A stretch of DNA of 64,000 nucleotides from Eremomyces bilateralis CBS 781.70. Its lineage: Eukaryota. The notes under the pieces were generated by a model. It was given only the letters and a program-made list of their open reading frames with translations. It was not told the DNA's origin and ran no database searches. Shown here in pieces: positions 40,601 through 51,371 of the stretch; the first letter of the stretch is position 1, and the number at the start of each line of letters is the position of its first letter. The DNA is taken from the NCBI GenBank assembly GCA_010015585.1, contig ML975151.1; one strand, 5' to 3'. Made by a program: the position numbers and the translations under genes.

Positions 40601-43600
40601 CGGTGCTGTGATGTCGGATAGCTCTGACGTTGCCCCTTCGCTCGCCTTCAAGCGCCCGAGGGAAGATATGTCGTTTGTCTCATTCTGTCGAGTTTCCAAC
40701 GTTGCCCAAGTGCGCCTGTCCAATGTGATGCAACGCCTTGCACAGCATAGCGCGCTTTCGAAAGAGCCGTCCATAGCGTCCAACTGGGACTGCAAGCAGC
40801 ATGCTTCGACAAGAACCCTACTGATTCTCATTCTTTCCGACAAGGAGGCCGTCGGTTCCGCCAGCGCTTGGAAGAATTTGCCTCCTTCGAATAGGTTACC
40901 GGCAGCAGAGAAGCTTTCGCGGCACTTCTCAATATTGCCCAGAGCGAGCAGGTACTGCCCATAGGCGAGGTTCCAATGTAGCTTCGTCTCGGTGTCAATA
41001 TGACTAGAGTCAACTAGTTTGTGTGACTTCGAGAAGACCATTCCTGCGTCTGAAGTACGGCCTATGGACAGATATGCCTGAGACAGTGAAACGTATGCCT
41101 TCAACAGTTGATTTCTTTTGGAAGAGCCAGCGGCATTTAATATGACGACCAGTGATCGAAGGCATTGCACTTGCAGCTCGTACTGACCGTGCAATACAAA
41201 CATGTCGGAACTCGACTGGAGAGTTCCGATTGTAGCCTCTGGGTCGTTTAGGAATTGCCCCGGGTCAGGTTCGCCAGCCATGCCGTCGGTAAGGGAAAGC
41301 CATAAGGCGATGGCTTCGTGTGCGCGATCGAAGTTTACAGGATGAGTTTGCAAGCAACCAACCATGATGGCTGTCGCTGTTATATCAAGCTGGTACCGCA
41401 CTAATCCTTCATCGCGGGCCAATTGATTAACTGGTCCGATAGAATTTCCTTTGCACAAATCGAGCAGAGCTTGGGAGAACGTGCTCCCAGTGTGTGAAGT
41501 CGCTCTTCGTATGAGGGTATCCACCCGCCGTCTTCGAAGCGGAAACTCGGAGTCGGTGTATATCTCGAGAAGGGCGTTTCCAAGTGCTTCGATATCTTCC
41601 AATTGTTGGATCATACCAGTCTGTTTTGACAGTCCGACCTTATTGCAGGCCACACTGAGAAGGTACTCCAGCAATGAGCCTCGTTCCCCTGGTCCGAGGT
41701 CCAGGCTCATGTTGACGACCTCTGCTATTCGACTCTTCCTTGGGAGAGCCGATGATTGCAGGAATGAGCGACAACAGCTGCCCGGAAGCTCTAAAGGTCC
41801 ACCTCTATCGAAGATCTCTCGCAGTGGTTTGATCGCAGCCAACTTCATTGCTCTGTTCAATAGCCCGTTGGCGATGCATCCCCTCAACGCTGCTATCGCA
41901 TTATCGGCAGATTTATCGATCTCTCCTTCATTGAGGAGGATTTTGCTCAGCGTAACCAATTTTAGAGGAAACAACTCATCCTGACGAGCAACATCAGTGT
42001 GGCTTTTCAGTACATTAACCGATCTTCGAAGAGCATTGAGAGCGGTTGGCGACAAGGAATCTCCGGACCTTGACTTCAGGAATGATGTCCAGTAAATATT
42101 CGAGATTAGGGTAAGTGAAGGAGGCCAAGGTTGATCCACATTGCGCTGCATCGCAGAACCAATGATCGAGACACATCTTGATAGTGTCAGGTCCAGCTCA
42201 TCGAAGCATATGGGCCCGGAAACTCCGATTCGACAGGCAACCAATGCCGAATCAATGAAAGCCTTTGTGATGCGCGTCGACAGAGAAGACCGAGATTGTT
42301 TCTCCTCACGGCTGACTGTGTAGTCAGCAAAGAATTGGACGGAGCTGAAAATTGCGCGACAGAGCAGGCCAGTATCAACAGAGACAGGTTCTTCTTGCTT
42401 GGATTTTGATGCAGCTGAAGTATCCCAGAGCAATTTCGTCGCAGCTTTCCGAAATCCTGCTACTTCAGCGAGCACGATTTCGGTTCTCGGTAGACACGGA
42501 CCAACATCATTTGCCAACAACTTGGTTGCTGAGTCCAAAGTTGTTGGATCTACTTGTCCACAGTCGAGGTGAACAGTGGCGCTGCGTATCAGAGACACAA
42601 CATCATTTGTGTCCGCAAGAGAAGACGATGTGCCGGCCGTCCATCGTAAAGTTTCATCAAGCAACTTCGCAGACCGTGCCTCACCGCAGAGGGTTCTCTT
42701 TATTGATTGGACTATCCCATCATTGAGATCCGCGGCCTTATCGTCGATGTCATTCGAAAGTAATTGATAGCATTCCTTAGCATATGTGTACTTCTTCTCA
42801 GGGCTAGCCTGGCAGCGTCTGACATAGGCATTTAGACATCTTGAAAAGGATTCAAGAACTTCGTCAAAAATGGAAGGATCCAGCTTGCCCAGTGTTCCTT
42901 TACGCAGTCGAGTATGGAGCGCCAGGGTCTGTAACTCTAGAACAGTAACCGGGTCAGGATATCGTTTCCGATCCGCGACAGTTGAGTCTTCAGACGAGGA
43001 GATGCTAGGACACATCGACAGTATCGTCTGTGCCAATGTATCCAGCTGTTTGAACGCCTTCGCTCCGAATTTAGGATTTCGGACTTGTTCAAGGAGAAGG
43101 GTTTGAAGACATGACTTGCTCTCAGCCCGGAGATGCTGAAGACTAGCTCGGATTTCTGCCGGATCTCCTCGGTTGGCGATGGCCTTTAGCACCAGAAGTT
43201 GGTGTGAGATGAGGATATTCAGCAAACCCGGCTCAGGGGGGGTTGTCGGGGCAGTTAGTAGCGATACGAGACTCGTTTGCTTCGATCCTCTTGGCCCTGA
43301 TGGGCGCCCACTTGTTGATGCTACCGTGATTCTAACCGGCGATGAATCGAGCCTTCTCTTCAGTACATGCAGCTCCTTGAGCGCTATTGGGTCCAGTCTT
43401 GCCGATATCAGCTTTCCAATGAAACTGATCATCCCATTCTCGTACTGCAAGGCAGGGAGATCTTTGGACCCATCCACGCTCGATATATGCTTTTCAAGAT
43501 ATGCGAACGCTGCATGAGCGCATTCCGCAACTACCCGTTGGGCAACAGCATTCTGCCCCTTCTCCGCGGATGGAGAGATTGTTTTTTTGGCACCAGTAAC

Positions 43601-44059
43601 AGATGGTTTGATTCGGGTATTGGCGACTTTCTTAGGTGATAACGGAGGGTTCGCGTGGCTTGATTTTGTCTGCCCGGTCGACGCTCTTTTGACGGATGGT
43701 TTCGCCGACTCGGAGAGTAGTCGCAAGGCGGAGTTTATAATCTCAGTCGCGAGGAGAAGCTGGTTTTTCTTGCTAAGTTCGTATGTATCTTCGTGGATGC
43801 GAGCAGGCTTCGTGGATCTTGACGTCTTGGTCGGCCGGGGCTGGAGGGCGGTCGATTTCGGGTCTCTTCTCGAAGATATAGGGGCGGATTTCTCTCGCGG
43901 CTTCGGTCCCATCTTATTGTTTTCAACATCTTGATTGGACACTACTAGCTCCTCGAGCCCAAGCAATTGTCGTATGCGCTGGACATTCGCTGCTGTACCA
44001 CTTCCAAGCGAAGCCACCGCCGCCTGGATCACCGCTGATCCATCATCTGTGAGCACCAT
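37601..44059 (-). CDS. ESP1: Separase (peptidase C50; Esp1/Cut1/BimB), single 2152-aa ORF
   Basis: C-terminal motifs EWWAERESLDARL, NIENIWLGGFKG, LILDKKLLPFPWE and ILNPSGDL. Catalytic His in LYFGHGS and Cys in LMGCSSG. Also ALWDVTDRDTDRF and CYLKYLNGAAMVVYGIP. Confidence 0.96.
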   Translation of the reverse strand: MVLTDDGSAVIQAAVASLGSGTAANVQRIRQLLGLEELVVSNQDVENNKMGPKPREKSAPISSRRDPKSTALQPRPTKTSRSTKPARIHEDTYELSKKNQLLLATEIINSALRLLSESAKPSVKRASTGQTKSSHANPPLSPKKVANTRIKPSVTGAKKTISPSAEKGQNAVAQRVVAECAHAAFAYLEKHISSVDGSKDLPALQYENGMISFIGKLISARLDPIALKELHVLKRRLDSSPVRITVASTSGRPSGPRGSKQTSLVSLLTAPTTPPEPGLLNILISHQLLVLKAIANRGDPAEIRASLQHLRAESKSCLQTLLLEQVRNPKFGAKAFKQLDTLAQTILSMCPSISSSEDSTVADRKRYPDPVTVLELQTLALHTRLRKGTLGKLDPSIFDEVLESFSRCLNAYVRRCQASPEKKYTYAKECYQLLSNDIDDKAADLNDGIVQSIKRTLCGEARSAKLLDETLRWTAGTSSSLADTNDVVSLIRSATVHLDCGQVDPTTLDSATKLLANDVGPCLPRTEIVLAEVAGFRKAATKLLWDTSAASKSKQEEPVSVDTGLLCRAIFSSVQFFADYTVSREEKQSRSSLSTRITKAFIDSALVACRIGVSGPICFDELDLTLSRCVSIIGSAMQRNVDQPWPPSLTLISNIYWTSFLKSRSGDSLSPTALNALRRSVNVLKSHTDVARQDELFPLKLVTLSKILLNEGEIDKSADNAIAALRGCIANGLLNRAMKLAAIKPLREIFDRGGPLELPGSCCRSFLQSSALPRKSRIAEVVNMSLDLGPGERGSLLEYLLSVACNKVGLSKQTGMIQQLEDIEALGNALLEIYTDSEFPLRRRRVDTLIRRATSHTGSTFSQALLDLCKGNSIGPVNQLARDEGLVRYQLDITATAIMVGCLQTHPVNFDRAHEAIALWLSLTDGMAGEPDPGQFLNDPEATIGTLQSSSDMFVLHGQYELQVQCLRSLVVILNAAGSSKRNQLLKAYVSLSQAYLSIGRTSDAGMVFSKSHKLVDSSHIDTETKLHWNLAYGQYLLALGNIEKCRESFSAAGNLFEGGKFFQALAEPTASLSERMRISRVLVEACCLQSQLDAMDGSFESALCCARRCITLDRRTWATLETRQNETNDISSLGRLKASEGATSELSDITAPDSDSDAASRHPKSPLIMSMTHNRLKGPAFWRLIPPMIRSICQYSQLLATQGIYQDALYWTDQAYKVAAAISSAYLKHNILAQKARLLLDSTRLEEAAECINEMKGLHPNMPDSVHSVQVHLTGAGLALALADIERATESVDKASDMLNNYAEKSLAWITKQQHLSPGSDLVSEMEQLTLNNSSTSKRKGIKPGIKKAQTKAPPSKKSAVKRGTRSVQPTPKDAYDDANLLIANEQVAIFKAYCNVKVGDIDQALRELDSLETTFPAIASRIEYQMARIHILESQAIDELSRDVSLSVLPESSISYPSWTQLESSVADLADLHISPEPRQTRSSPRKRQPGRPAAKSSPAKGLLMSLKSVRSVAMDIMRRGLKTSSLHNGFQVCNTVAHLTMLLSVSACSDMDAMHPLLAAFSLDIPRINAAKREQSYVRAEARDSHRTALLTWPQETTLSDPHSWLSIASFQNDYVDIIPSQWSVISLNLNDAQDELYVVKYEAGRSPFTVRLPMVRHNSRDQDEDVFSFESGKAELEEIIEQSNWSAHNVPENGSKAEKKEWWAERESLDARLRDLLLNIENIWLGGFKGILSQHSRDGRQMALFQRNFEKILNRHLPSRKGRGAPKKFNFDARVLDLFAGLGNPDGPGVDLDEHLLDLLYFVVDILQFNGETNAYDEVDFDSICVETIEALQAYHAGLENQSWDQTHTILILDKKLLPFPWECLPCLVGRPVSRLTSLDALRSRILSMTDPRDSEHDIDSYPGHHVSLSTGTSILNPSGDLRGTEASLKPFLSTLPLGWTHHATLPEPSPSHTSSDTALTRILQDTSLLLYFGHGSTSQYARGRAVRSLPSCPTTWLMGCSSGGVTDNGQLEPHGMILSYLGAGAPAIVGALWDVTDRDTDRFSVRMGSEWGLWEEPEDWEGERGRRGKRGGKERLEKAMRTVGTVKKRVNEIQGSEDTVSGGNAGDAKDQPRSLVEAVAKGREACYLKYLNGAAMVVYGIPVYLSR

Positions 44060-44752
44060 TGAGACGTTAAGAGGATGTCCAAATAAGGCATTGGGAATTA
44101 TGATATGCTCGCGAGTGCATCGTGTATCGCATGCTGAAGAGTTCGTGTAAATATCATTAAGCTTTCGAATCGATTCGCGACGTCGAACATGAAGTTGACA
44201 TTTATCCTAAATAGGTTTAGTGCAGTATACATGGCCTGTGCTCCGAGACAAGTCATGACTTATTGATTGATGGCTGATGACTCGTGATATCGACGATTCT
44301 ATGAAGTCTGCTGTGATGTGTTTGAGTCATGCCTATCTACTTGTACATCCCATCATCCATTCAGATTCCGGGATGACTTTGAGTCATCTCGGTTATGTTC
44401 CACTGAGGATCGTATTGATAACGAGTTCAGAAATTGATACGTTTACACTGTATAACTTATCGACCCTTCCCTAACTGTTAAGCTGTACCGGTACTTTATG
44501 GGATTCTGATCGCCCTTGACAACCGCTTGCTAGATGGACTTGCTTTCTGGTCACATTTGAAGCCGCTTAATAGCGTCTACTGTGTGAAATTCAAGGCGTG
44601 AACAAATCAAAGTCTCTAGTCCCCGAAGTCTAATCATTAGTGAGGGGGTTTGAGCTATCCGCCTTTCAAATCCCAACGTCTATGAACGCAGAATAGCACC
44701 GTTATCTTGGGAACATCACATTCACTCATCAGTCTCCCCAGTATCACTCACC

Positions 44753-45857
44753 ATGAGCGATACGCCAATTCAAAGTGATCCCTCGAGATCACAACTTGAG
44801 CTTCGGACCGCATATGGTCCGGTTTTCCGAACCATCCTCAACGAAGGCCCAAGGAACGCTACAGACAATGAAGTGCCAATCATCGACCTCTCAAATCTTG
44901 ACTCGGAGAATATTCAGGAAAAGATAGAGCTAGCTGGAAAGATTCACCAATACTGGTTTTTTCTATATTAAGAATCATGGTATTCCGAATGATACCATTG
45001 AAGATGCCAGGCAGTCCACGCTCACGTAGGTCCAGTTCTAAATCGTCGTAGAGATCATAGTGTCGTATAGATTGACAACCGTTAGATTCTTCAAGCAGCC
45101 CCTCGAAATAAAACAAAAGGCTTCACTGTCAAAATCCAAATACTTCAACGGCTATTCGGCTCCGCAGTCCACTCGTGCCAACCCCACCGTCTCCCGCGAT
45201 ACCCGTGAATCATTCAGCTGGCGTTACGAGCCTTCGATTGATCCCGATCCAAAGCCCGCTTCCGAAGTCCCCGAGGAAGTCAAGAAGTGGCTTCGGGCCG
45301 AGGACTTTGTATGGGAGGAAACATCAAACCTGCCGTTGTTCAGGCCTCACATGCTGGCCTATTGGCAGGCATGCCTCACGCTCGCTCGAAAGCTGGTCCG
45401 AATCTTTGCGTTGGCGTTGGATCTCCCCGAATCGTACTTCGACAACCGGACTACGTATCCCGGGGCTGACGGAGTGCTGAACTATTATCCGACGCCGACG
45501 CCAGAGGAGTCGGCTGCAGACAGCGTTGGAGTGGGCGCTCATACCGGCCTCCAGCTCTTCACTTTATTGTGGCAAGACGATGTTGGTGGACTGCAGGTGT
45601 TAACCAACGAAGGTAGATGGATTTGGGTACCACCTAAGGAAGGGACCTTCGTGGTCAATATAGGGGACTTTCTAATGCGCCTCTCAAATGACTTGTTCAA
45701 GTCTACGGTCCACCGAGCATTTAATCGTCCCACAATAGAGAGGGTGTCGATGTCTTTCTTCTTTGGTGATCACCCCAGAAGATTAAACCGATCGACACGG
45801 TACTGATCTGGTGTAGGGTTGAACTTCAACTACCCAATCGGAGCAGACCAAAGCTGA
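44753..45857 (+). pseudogene. Disrupted 2-oxoglutarate/Fe(II) dioxygenase (DIOX_N + 2OG-FeII_Oxy, IPNS-like)
   Basis: VPIIDLS and (T)NTGFFYIKNHGIP lie in different frames because of a frameshift near 44945. The iron-binding HxD reads HTG (GGC at 45546-45548). GGLQVL, VVNIGD, STVHR and RxS are retained. The C-terminus stops early (…GLNFNYPIGADQS*). Confidence 0.8.
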
Positions 45858-46253
45858 CCGACCCTAACAGTGGTGCCAATTGAGGTTTGCACTGGAGCAG
45901 GATGACAAGAAGGATTGAGACCCCAATCCGTCTCGCAATTCTACGCCTCGAAGGATTGTGACACTCGGCTCATAATTCAGAGCATGGCAGTCGCCCAGCG
46001 GGTTTAGCTTTGATATGCGAGATGCATCGTGAATACTCTAGTTTCCAATGTAGCCATAAGGGCTGATTCTCCTCCAATATCGCGAGTCTTGATTGCTCGC
46101 GTTGTGGTTGTAAAAGTGTACATCGCCACAGGACACTATTCCACAGATTCCCGGGTTTGTCGTGGGCCAGATGTATTTTGCAGACATGACCTCTACTCTA
46201 TTACAGGAAACGTTTCCGACATCGCGACATCCCCCGATACTGCCGCTGTCCGA

Positions 46254-49200
46254 TTAACTGAGAAGCTCTTTGATGTCCTCGATCCGCTGTAGCTTCTTCT
46301 CTTCGTCACTCATCATACCTAGCGAGCTCGCTCTTCACATATGTTAGCCATACGGCCGTGCGCAATGCAAACCAAATCAACAAAGCCACTTACAAGAATT
46401 TCTTCCGATCCTGTATCTTTAACATCTTCTCCTCGATGCTCCCTTCCACGATGAACCGCACAACGCCCACTTCGCTCTCCTGCCCCATACGGTGCACGCG
46501 GTCGATAGCTTGTGCTTCGACTGCAAAGCTCCACCAGGGGTCCATCATGAACACTTGCTTTGCACAGGTCAGATTGAGCCCCACACCACCGGCGCGCAAA
46601 CTCAGAAGGAGCACACAGCTCTTCGGCTGTGCACGGAATTCTTCGAGTACTACGGCACGCTGCTTCTGCGCCATGGACCCATCAAACCGGAGGAACTTGA
46701 TGCGGTCTCGAGCTAACGCAGGCTCGATAAGGTCGAGGAATGACGTGAATTGAGAGAAGACGACGGATTTGCAGAGAGGATCTTTCTGGCGGATGCGCTT
46801 CAGATGGGCGAGAAGCGCTGTGACCTTGGCGGACGCGTCGCAATTTAGCCTTCGCAAGGAAATGCTCGGTTTATCAGCATCGTCAGGATCTGCGTCATGC
46901 CGGATGACCTGGAAAATATCGCGAACATTGATGGGCTCGCGGCAGTTGAAACACCGGGGAACGATTCCTTTCTCCTTCTGGTGTTCGATGAAGTCAAGCA
47001 GACACTGCTTGCATGCGCTGTGCCAACAGCTAGTGACCGCCTGGTCCACCATCGGCTCATCGGAGCAGATGGGGCACTCAACGTCGGCCTCCTCTTGGAT
47101 TTGCTTCAGGACGTGCGCTCCGAACTTGTTGGCATCCTGCTCGGTATTGTCGGTGAATCTTGATATGAGATCATTCAAATCCATATCATCTCCAAGGCCT
47201 GTCGCAAGATCTGCAGCTGCTCCCACAATCTCCTCGTCACGGACGATGTCGTTATTTCGCGTCAAGACCGGGTGGCAGCACGACTGACGAAGGCGAAGAA
47301 TTTGGGCGAAGATGGTAGCATACGACTTTAGGAGTGTGCCTGCCTCCACATTTTGATTCAACGTCCGCTTAGTTCTCAAGAAAATATGATCGTAAACATC
47401 TTTCTCGGCCTGCGAGAGCTGTACTCGATCGATTTCAATGGTCCGAGTTGGAAGGGGAACAAGTGCTTCGCCTTCGGGAGTTTTCATGTCTTTGGTTCGT
47501 CGCAAAACAAGTGGCTCCAGCACGGTCTGGACGACGTCGAGGGCTCTGATGAAGTCTTTAGACTCAAACGGCATAGTGATGAAGGTTTTCCAGAATGAGA
47601 AGTTGCTCCACGGTTCGACTCGAAGGAACTTGACCAAGGAGAACAAATCTTCCAGTCGGTTGACGATCGGTGTCCCGGTCAATGCCCATCGATGAACGGC
47701 ACTGATTTCGTAGCACGCTTTGGCAGTCTTCGACTGCCTGTTTTTGATGAAGTGGGCTTCGTCGAGAATGACACGGAAATATTCGACAGAAAAAAGGCCG
47801 CCGTGCGTGCCCCGATTGCCCCCGATCGCCATCATCTGATTGAATTCTGAGAGCACGACGCCATAGCTGGTGATAATGAGATCCGGAGCATCTGCAGTAT
47901 TCGCTCCACTGCATAGACCTTGTAGGTTGGCGCTCTTGTCGCTGCCATAGTAGACAAGCGTGTTCATGGTGCCCGGCTTCGACGCCTTTTCTGCTTCGCT
48001 TTGCCATTGGGATAGGAGCGACATCGGGGCAACAACTAGAGTGGTTCTCGGCGCACTCTCAACGGTTGATGTGGCTTTATGAAGACGGGTAAGCTTGTTG
48101 GTCTTGCCCGACTCCAAAAGCAAATCGGCGTCTATTCGATGACTATGCATCAGGCTCAGCATTTCGATGGTCTTGCCGAGACCCATTTCTATGTTTTCGT
48201 CAGTTTAAGTTGAATAGTGAGTGGACGTCACAAACCGTCTGCCAATATGCCACCTAGGCAATTCTGCTCTTGAACCGGGAATGCTAAAGAGAGCTCTCCG
48301 GAATATGGATTGACATAGAACTGATCCTGGTTATAATGTGGCAACGGTTGGTCATCCGCATCTGTCGTCGGCCATTCATATTGCTCCCAGAGAGGATGCA
48401 TCGATTCTTCTCGATCGTCACTTCTCTTGTCGGCCTCCTTGCCTAACATCCAGTGCAAGGCTTGCTTTTGATATTTGCGTAATTCCATAACAAAGGTTTC
48501 CGCTGGTTCCGCTTCTGGCGTGTTGAAATCAAAGGATTGTGCCTTCTTGTACAACGTGTCGAGCTGGTCCTGTTCCAGCTCCTGGCCATCCTCATTCTCG
48601 TCCGATGGAGGAGTAGAAACGGGATCCTCAACCGCTCGGGATGGCTGGGTTGATTTGTTCTTCTCCTTCTGATCAGACACTTCTGCGGCCTTCAATATAC
48701 TTTGTCGCTTAGCTGTATCGGAAATTTTCGGGGCCGTAGTGGGATGTAAATTGATATCTTCGAATAACCGAACCAAGGCGACTTGTCGAAGACGAAGTGC
48801 TTTCTCACCCGTTGATTCTTTCGATTCGAAGAGATTCGGTCGGTCATTCTCTTGTACCCTGAGCAAGTCATTCTCTTCAAATGCTGAACGACGGAAGTAA
48901 CAGCGGATCTGGAGGTAAATTGTGTCGGAAGACCTGATCCTCTCGGGCACATAAACACAAGTCCCTGAGAAGCGACAGAGGTTTTGATCGATCAATGTCG
49001 AAACCCAGTATGCAGTTTCATTCTCCAATCTTCCCACCTCTTCTCCTCGGGGATTTGTGAATCTCACAACGATATCATGCTTCTTGCTGTTGAAGCCCCT
49101 ACCTTTTTGCTTGGTCGGGGCTTGAGGTCTGGCTCGTTCAATCCCGACTTTATCACCATGCTTAAGCAGTGAATACCCGCTACGGGTCGCCCAGCCAGTT

Positions 49201-49717
49201 GCACCGAACGCTCCCATGTATCGCTCTGGAGGGACGCCTGGAGTATTTGATCTGGGTTCCGGAGCAGGGCGTGCTTCGGTTTTCGCAGTGTCCGATCTAG
49301 ATGATTCGTCTTCCTTATGTGCTAGGATCGACTTCTGAGGTTGCTCGTTTGAGTTGTTGGTCGTGATCTCTGATCTTTGAACCCTCCAAGAGCCGTCAAG
49401 GTAGATATTGATAGCTGTGGAAACAACTATTAGTGGTTTATAATAGATATGCGAAGTACGCGACACTTACCTCTCTCCAGATTGCTCCCACTCAGGGACT
49501 TCAGTTTCTGGATATCCAGCTCTGTAAGTTCTTCCCCGATCACAGCCGAAAGAGTGGCAAGGTCGAATCCATCGTTGATCACAGAAACACCTTGCTCTGC
49601 TCCTGTTGCTTGAGGCTGTTCTGCAGAAGTACTAGCCAACGCGCTCGTTGTAGTATCTGGTGAGACTGAGTCGAAGAATCGACGTTTCTTTGCGGGCCTT
49701 TCGTCGAAGTCGGCCAT
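46254..49717 (-). CDS. RAD5: DNA repair protein Rad5 (HIRAN + SNF2 helicase + RING); 4 exons
   Basis: HIRAN motifs GAFGATGWATRSG and IVVRFTNPRGEEVGRL. Also LRKYQKQALHWM, GGILADEMGLGKT across an intron, ILDEAH, LTGTPIVN, RING CPIC…CWHSACKQC…CFNCR, VFSQFTSFLD and QAIDRVHRMGQ. Last exon ends …IEDIKELLS*. Confidence 0.96.
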
Positions 49718-50140
49718 GTTCGAACGGCAAATGATGCACATGAAGGGAATTCAGCACGAATCCCCAGCGGTAAGAATTTTAATAACAGAAAAATCTAGAC
49801 ATCCCCGCTCTTCGATACATCCCTATGAACGCGGCAGACGAAACGAGGGGTTGTAGTGAATTGAATTTGTATAGATGAAGAGTTAGTATCACGATGGTTC
49901 ACTTCCACGGCATATGACAAGGTGGAGAGGAGACGCGCCTCAGAGGAGCCGCGGACGTCGACGCGACTTGATAGCGACATGGGTGACGGCCTGATGGGTT
50001 GGCGAATCGCGTGGCTCCAATTTTCAACTGAGTAATTAGTGGGCACTGAGCATCGATGCATCGCTATCTCCCGCTCTACACATTTCCCTCGAGATTTGGC
50101 CATGCACACGAGCCGTCATGGCATCAATTGAAAGGCGGAA

Positions 50141-51371
50141 ATGCTCAAATTGGCCCGACTGAGCCCAACGCATCGGCTTGCGAGCCGTGGTACATTTCCC
50201 CTTGTATCAAAACCCTCGCAACACCCATATCGACGATACTACGCCTCGATCCCTTCTGCTGCTGCCGAAGCAGAGATCAGCTCGTCGCGGAATTATTGCA
50301 TTGGTCTACTCAGGTGATTCATCATTGGACTTCCGGATTGTGTCATCAATATCATGCTGATTGTGTACAAGGAAATTTGACTGGCCCTCCTATGTTCTGC
50401 AGACCTTCATTCCAACTCGAGCCCGGGATGCATACATCGCAATTCGCGCATTCAACGTTGACCTGGCCAATATTGCCGATGTGACGAGCAGCCCCACTGT
50501 AGGGGCTATGCGTATGCAGTTCTGGCGAGATGCTGTCAAGAAAGCCGTGGCTGGACGACCGCCCAAGGAGCCCGTTGCTCTCTTCCTGTCCTATGCCGCC
50601 GAAGATCTTTACAAGAGGACCCAGGGCAAGCAGAAAATCAGCCTAGCTTGGCTGAATCGTGTGATCAGCACGAGAGAGAAACATTTGACCAACCCGCCGT
50701 TCCCGGATTTGGCGTCCGTCGAGACATACGCGGAAAGCACGTATTCAACATTGCTCTACCTCACGTTATCGACTCTGCCGATGGCATCCATCACGGCCGA
50801 TCACCTGGCGTCCCATATTGGCAAAGCCATGGGCATCACAACGTTGTTGCGGGGTCTGCCCATGATAGCTTTCCCGAATCCACGGTCACAGCACACCCCC
50901 GCAGCGCCACTTGGAGGGTCGCTGGGAGGAACCAAACAGGGGAACGTCCTACTGCCTCTCGACATCATGGCAGAACATGGGGTTCGAGAGGAAGACATCC
51001 TCCGAACGGGGCCAGCGGCGAAAGGTCTCACGGATGCGGTTTTCGCGGTTGCCACTCGAGCGAACGACCACCTGATCACGGCCAGAACGATGCTACAACA
51101 GCTAAAGTCGGAGGGCAACGTCGGCCATGAGTTTGAACACCAGCATGACGAGGGCCATGCCTACACTGCGGATCAGAGATCTCTCCCAGCCGAGTCCCAG
51201 CGGAACGAGGTGGATAAAGCATTCGGTGTCTTGATGCCGGCTGTGTCCACACGGCTCTGGTTACAAAGATTGGAAACCGTCGATTTCGACGTCTTCAATG
51301 CCAAACTAAATCACAGGGAATGGAAGCTACCATTCGCAGCTTATATCGCGTTCAGCCGAAGATCCTTTTAG
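50141..51371 (+). CDS. NDUFAF6: Mitochondrial complex I assembly factor NDUFAF6-like (squalene/phytoene synthase fold); 2 exons (intron ~50314-50371)
   Basis: Arg/Ser-rich presequence MLKLARLSPTHRLASRG…RRYYAS. Spliced SRNYCIGLLR|KFD. Motifs AYIAIRAFNVDL, MRMQFWRD, YAESTYSTLLYL, DHLASHIGKA and LRGLP. Confidence 0.87.

Noticed and set aside
50141..51371. Squalene/phytoene synthase fold as a sign of a terpene biosynthetic cluster with the nearby dioxygenase
   Set aside because: It has no DDxxD motifs and carries a mitochondrial presequence, so it fits the housekeeping factor NDUFAF6. The neighbours are core genes.
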